DNA of 27,721 nucleotides, taken from the NCBI GenBank assembly GCA_900322105.1, contig ONYV01000012.1, positions 1,726-29,446 of the forward strand, in the 5' to 3' direction. The translations under genes were made by a program, and so were the position numbers. Shown one piece after another: positions 24,353 through 27,721 of the stretch; position 1 is the first letter of the stretch, and each line of letters begins with the position of its first letter. The notes beneath the pieces are model-generated. The model was given only the letters and a program-made list of their open reading frames with translations, was not told the DNA's origin and did not search any database. This DNA is from an uncultured Eubacteriales bacterium. GTDB lineage: Bacteria > Bacillota > Clostridia > Oscillospirales > Acutalibacteraceae.

Positions 24353-25138
24353 ATGGATAAACGTAACATTATATATTATACAGACGAGCTGAACGACGAA
24401 TTTTCGACCGCTCAGATCGAACCGAAAAAGATCGATGAAAACTATGTGTATCTTCATCATTCTCTTTTTAAGCGCTTTACCCATTTCTTTTGGTATCGTA
24501 TCATCGCCACGCCGATCGCTTTTCTGTATGTCAGGTTTACCTTTCGACAGAAAACCATAGGACGCAAGGCTTTTTCAAAGTGCAAGGACAGCGGCTATTT
24601 TATGTACGGCAACCATACACAGGTCGTGGGCGATCCTTTTATTCCCAATATCATTAACTTTCCGAAAAACGACTATATCATCGTCCATCCCAACAATGTG
24701 TCGATCCCCGTTTTAGGCAAAGTCACCCCGTCTTTGGGCGCTTTGCCCATCCCTGACGGAAAGGCCGCTTTCAAAAACTTCAACGAAGCCATTGAAACAC
24801 ATATCAAACAAAAGCACGTTGTGGTGATCTACCCCGAAGCCCACATCTGGCCGTACTATACCAAAATACGCCCCTTTCCCGACACTTCTTTTACTTACCC
24901 CTGTAAGCTCAGCGCTCCTGTCTACTGTTTTACCAACACTTACCACAAGCCGAAGTTCGGCAAACAGCCAAAGATCATCACCTTTGTAGACGGTCCCTTT
25001 TTCCCCGACCCGGAACTTCCTCTCAAACAGCGCCGCAAAAAACTGCGGGATACGGTTTATGAAACCATGTGTGAGAGAGCCAAATCTTCGGATCACGAAC
25101 AGATCCGCTATATCAAAAAGGAAGAAGATCATGATTGA
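24353..25138 (+). CDS. PlsC-like (LPLAT superfamily) acyltransferase
   Basis: GNHTQVVGD catalytic block, LGALPIP, IYPEAH block. Start at ATG 24353 after GGAGG. Confidence 0.8.
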   Translation: MDKRNIIYYTDELNDEFSTAQIEPKKIDENYVYLHHSLFKRFTHFFWYRIIATPIAFLYVRFTFRQKTIGRKAFSKCKDSGYFMYGNHTQVVGDPFIPNIINFPKNDYIIVHPNNVSIPVLGKVTPSLGALPIPDGKAAFKNFNEAIETHIKQKHVVVIYPEAHIWPYYTKIRPFPDTSFTYPCKLSAPVYCFTNTYHKPKFGKQPKIITFVDGPFFPDPELPLKQRRKKLRDTVYETMCERAKSSDHEQIRYIKKEEDHD

Positions 25139-25961
25139 TATACTCTTTTGCGGCAATATCGGCGTTTTCGACGGAATGCTCACCTGCATCCTGTCTATCC
25201 TGAAACGCTCCAAAACCAAAGAACCCTTTACCTTTCACCTCTTTACGATGGATGTATCCCATCTGAAGGACAATTATGTGCCTGTCACGCAAAAACAGGT
25301 GGACTTTCTCAACGAGATCGTCAGAGGGTATCATGAGGATAATCGTGTGATGCTCTATGATGTGACGGAACACTATATGAACAGCTTTTCGGGTTGTCCG
25401 AACGAGGGCGCTTACTGCTCGCCCTATACGCTCATTCGTCTGTTTGCAGACCTCTATGAGAGCATTCCTGACAAGCTGCTGTATCTTGATACCGATATCA
25501 TGTTCAACAGAGATGTGCGGCTGCTTTGGAATGAGGATCTCTCAGGATTTGAATATGCCGCCGCTCCCGATCACTACGGAAAATATCTCATCCATCCGCA
25601 TTATATCAATGCAGGCGTGCTGCTGTTCAATATGAAGCTGTGCAGGGAAACAGGATTGTTTCGGAAAGCCCGTGAGTGGATTCAAAAAAAGAAGCTGCCC
25701 TTTGCTGACCAGAGCGCCATCATCCGTTCCACCACACGCCGCAAGATCCTGCCGCAGCGGTATAACGATCAGAAGTTTCTGCATGACCACACTGTGGTTC
25801 GCCACTTCTCCAAAAGACTGTTCTGGCTGCCTTATCCCCATACCGATAACATCAAGCAATATCATGTTGACAAAGTGCATTCCGTTTTCAAGTATCATCA
25901 GTTTGATGATATCCTGAACGAATACCTGACTTTGAAAGAGAATTTTAAGAAAAGGACATGA
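25131..25961 (+). CDS. Glycosyltransferase family 8
   Basis: YTLIRL, KLLYLDTD (DxD), YINAGVLLFN, DQS, VRHF. Start at ATG 25131 overlapping the upstream stop; the ORF-track start at 25059 is less likely. Confidence 0.85.
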   Translation: MIDILFCGNIGVFDGMLTCILSILKRSKTKEPFTFHLFTMDVSHLKDNYVPVTQKQVDFLNEIVRGYHEDNRVMLYDVTEHYMNSFSGCPNEGAYCSPYTLIRLFADLYESIPDKLLYLDTDIMFNRDVRLLWNEDLSGFEYAAAPDHYGKYLIHPHYINAGVLLFNMKLCRETGLFRKAREWIQKKKLPFADQSAIIRSTTRRKILPQRYNDQKFLHDHTVVRHFSKRLFWLPYPHTDNIKQYHVDKVHSVFKYHQFDDILNEYLTLKENFKKRT

Positions 25962-25965
25962 GTTT

Positions 25966-27721
25966 ATGAACCGGATAATTCCAATTTTTTACGCCTGTGA
26001 CGATAATTTCGTGAAATACACCATCGTTTCACTGTATTCAATGATTCAGAATGCCTCTGTTGAGTATCGGTACAAGGTTTACGTGCTGCATACTGAGATT
26101 TCCGAAGAAACGCAGCGCAAGGTGCAGGCTTTGAAAAACGACAACTTTTCTATCGAGTTTGTGGATATGACAGATTACCTCAAATCCATCTCCGACAAGC
26201 TGCCGCTGAGAGATTACTATTCCAAAACGACTTACTACCGTCTTTTTATCGCAGAAATGTACCCTGATTACAACAAAGCGATCTATATTGACAGCGATAC
26301 CATCGTTCAGGGCGATATCAGCGAGTTTTACAATACCGATATCAAAGATGCTTATGTCGGCGCCTGCCATGAACAGGTCATGCTGCAAGTGGATGAATTC
26401 GGCACTTATGTGGAAAAAGTTGTTGGTGTTTCACGATATAATTTCTTCAATGCGGGCATCCTGCTCATCAACTGCGATCAGTTCCGTCTGAAATTCGTGC
26501 TGGATAAGTTCCTCGACTATCTGCACTATTATAATTTCGTTGTCACACAGGACGAGGATTACCTCAACCTCATCTGCAAAGATCACGTTTACTGGATCGA
26601 CCAGCGCTGGAACACCGAGGTGTTCTGCGAGATCTCTTATCCTATCGAACAGGCAAATATGCTGCACTATATCATGACCAGCAAGCCTTGGCACTATGAG
26701 GACTGCAAACACGCCGATATTTTCTGGCGCTATGCAAAAGAAACCTCTGTCTATGAAGAGATACTGAATGTCCTGCATTCTTATTCTGACGAAGAAAAAG
26801 AAAAAGACAAGCTCGTGCAGGAAAAACTTGTCAAGCTCGCCATAACCGAGATCGAACGTGACGACAACTTCCTCAACCGCATCAACCGTGACAAACGCGC
26901 AAAAGATCGTGTGGAGATCCTCCATAAGATCGAACAGTTTGAACGGGAAGGAAGATTCGATGAGGACGTTGAAGCCGATCCTCCCGGACGTGTTCTCGAA
27001 CCGGACGAGATCGAATATATTCAAAAAAGCATCACCGACAAGCTGAAAGCAAAGATCGCTTTCATGATCGCTCACCGATTCGTCAACGGTCTGATCAAGG
27101 ACAAAAAATTCATCATCAAAGAAATGAGAGGTTTGGAAAACTTCACAAATCTCGACTGCGGCGCTGTCATCACCTGCAACCATTTCAACGCCTTTGACAG
27201 CTTTGCCATTCAGCTCACTTATGAAGCATCAGGGCACAAAGATCGCTCTTTCTGGAGAGTCATTCGTGAAGGCAACTATACTTCTTTCCCGGGCTTTTAC
27301 GGCTTTTTGATGCGCCACTGCAATACGCTTCCCCTTTCTTCTAACCGTAAGACCATGAAAAAGTTTATCGCCGCCACCAACGAACTGATACAAAACGGCA
27401 ACTTCGTTCTGTTCTACCCTGAACAGAGTATGTGGTGGAACTACCGCAAGCCAAAGCCTCTCAAGAGCGGTGCTTTTATGTTCGCTGCCAAAAACCACGC
27501 GCCTGTTCTGCCCTGTTTCATCACCATGAAGGATTCCGATGTGATGGGCGAAGATGGTTTCTATGTGCAGGAATACACCATTCATGTAGCAAAGCCCATT
27601 TTCCCTGACGAAAGCCTTCCCTACCGTAAGCAGATCGACGACATGATGCAGAAAAACTATGATGTCTGGAAAGATATCTACGAAAAAGAATATCACATCG
27701 CCCTGACCTACACCACCGAAA
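25966..27721 (+). CDS. GT8 glycosyltransferase fused to a PlsC-like acyltransferase (3' truncated; not in the ORF track)
   Basis: Translated by hand from ATG 25966; open for 585 codons to the window end. GT8 part: IPIFYACDDNF, TYYRLFI, IYIDSD, FNAGILLIN, QDEDYLN, LHYIMTSKPW. Acyltransferase part: TCNHFNAFD (HX4D) and FYPEQSMWW. Confidence 0.9.
   Translation, partial: MNRIIPIFYACDDNFVKYTIVSLYSMIQNASVEYRYKVYVLHTEISEETQRKVQALKNDNFSIEFVDMTDYLKSISDKLPLRDYYSKTTYYRLFIAEMYPDYNKAIYIDSDTIVQGDISEFYNTDIKDAYVGACHEQVMLQVDEFGTYVEKVVGVSRYNFFNAGILLINCDQFRLKFVLDKFLDYLHYYNFVVTQDEDYLNLICKDHVYWIDQRWNTEVFCEISYPIEQANMLHYIMTSKPWHYEDCKHADIFWRYAKETSVYEEILNVLHSYSDEEKEKDKLVQEKLVKLAITEIERDDNFLNRINRDKRAKDRVEILHKIEQFEREGRFDEDVEADPPGRVLEPDEIEYIQKSITDKLKAKIAFMIAHRFVNGLIKDKKFIIKEMRGLENFTNLDCGAVITCNHFNAFDSFAIQLTYEASGHKDRSFWRVIREGNYTSFPGFYGFLMRHCNTLPLSSNRKTMKKFIAATNELIQNGNFVLFYPEQSMWWNYRKPKPLKSGAFMFAAKNHAPVLPCFITMKDSDVMGEDGFYVQEYTIHVAKPIFPDESLPYRKQIDDMMQKNYDVWKDIYEKEYHIALTYTTE

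Noticed and set aside
26038-27696. Minus-strand ORFs of 116, 250 and 155 aa
   Set aside because: They are antisense shadows of the GT8-acyltransferase fusion, which has clear motifs on the plus strand.

Overview
Chromosomal window from an anaerobic Firmicute. The sigmaA-type promoters, gene families and Ter cluster point to Clostridia; Oscillospiraceae/Ruminococcaceae-like is an inference. No rRNA, tRNA, CRISPR array, transposase or integrase was recognised. Left part: partial LCP protein, histidine phosphatase, XRE regulator, a COG0523/CobW GTPase pair (one with a 62-residue His/acidic tract, one fused to a DUF1980-like TCCxxD domain), an orphan Sfp-type PPTase, and a PASTA-domain kinase-fold protein that lacks its catalytic residues. 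Middle: a thiol-redox operon (TlpA lipoprotein, CXXC-tail membrane protein, polyferredoxin-TlpA fusion, OmpR/HK pair). Then a complete 8-gene Ter-type stress operon seen from promoter to terminator (PMCA-type ATPase, terD, terD, AAA-TerD fusion, ATP-grasp, PRTase-TRSP, StiP/PELOTA, HAD). It has an internal terminator and a ~32-bp repeat that brackets the ATPase-terD-terD block. Right end: a divergent acyltransferase + GT8 + GT8-acyltransferase fusion operon; the fusion gene is absent from the ORF track because it runs off the window. All calls come from reading motifs by eye; no database searches were run.
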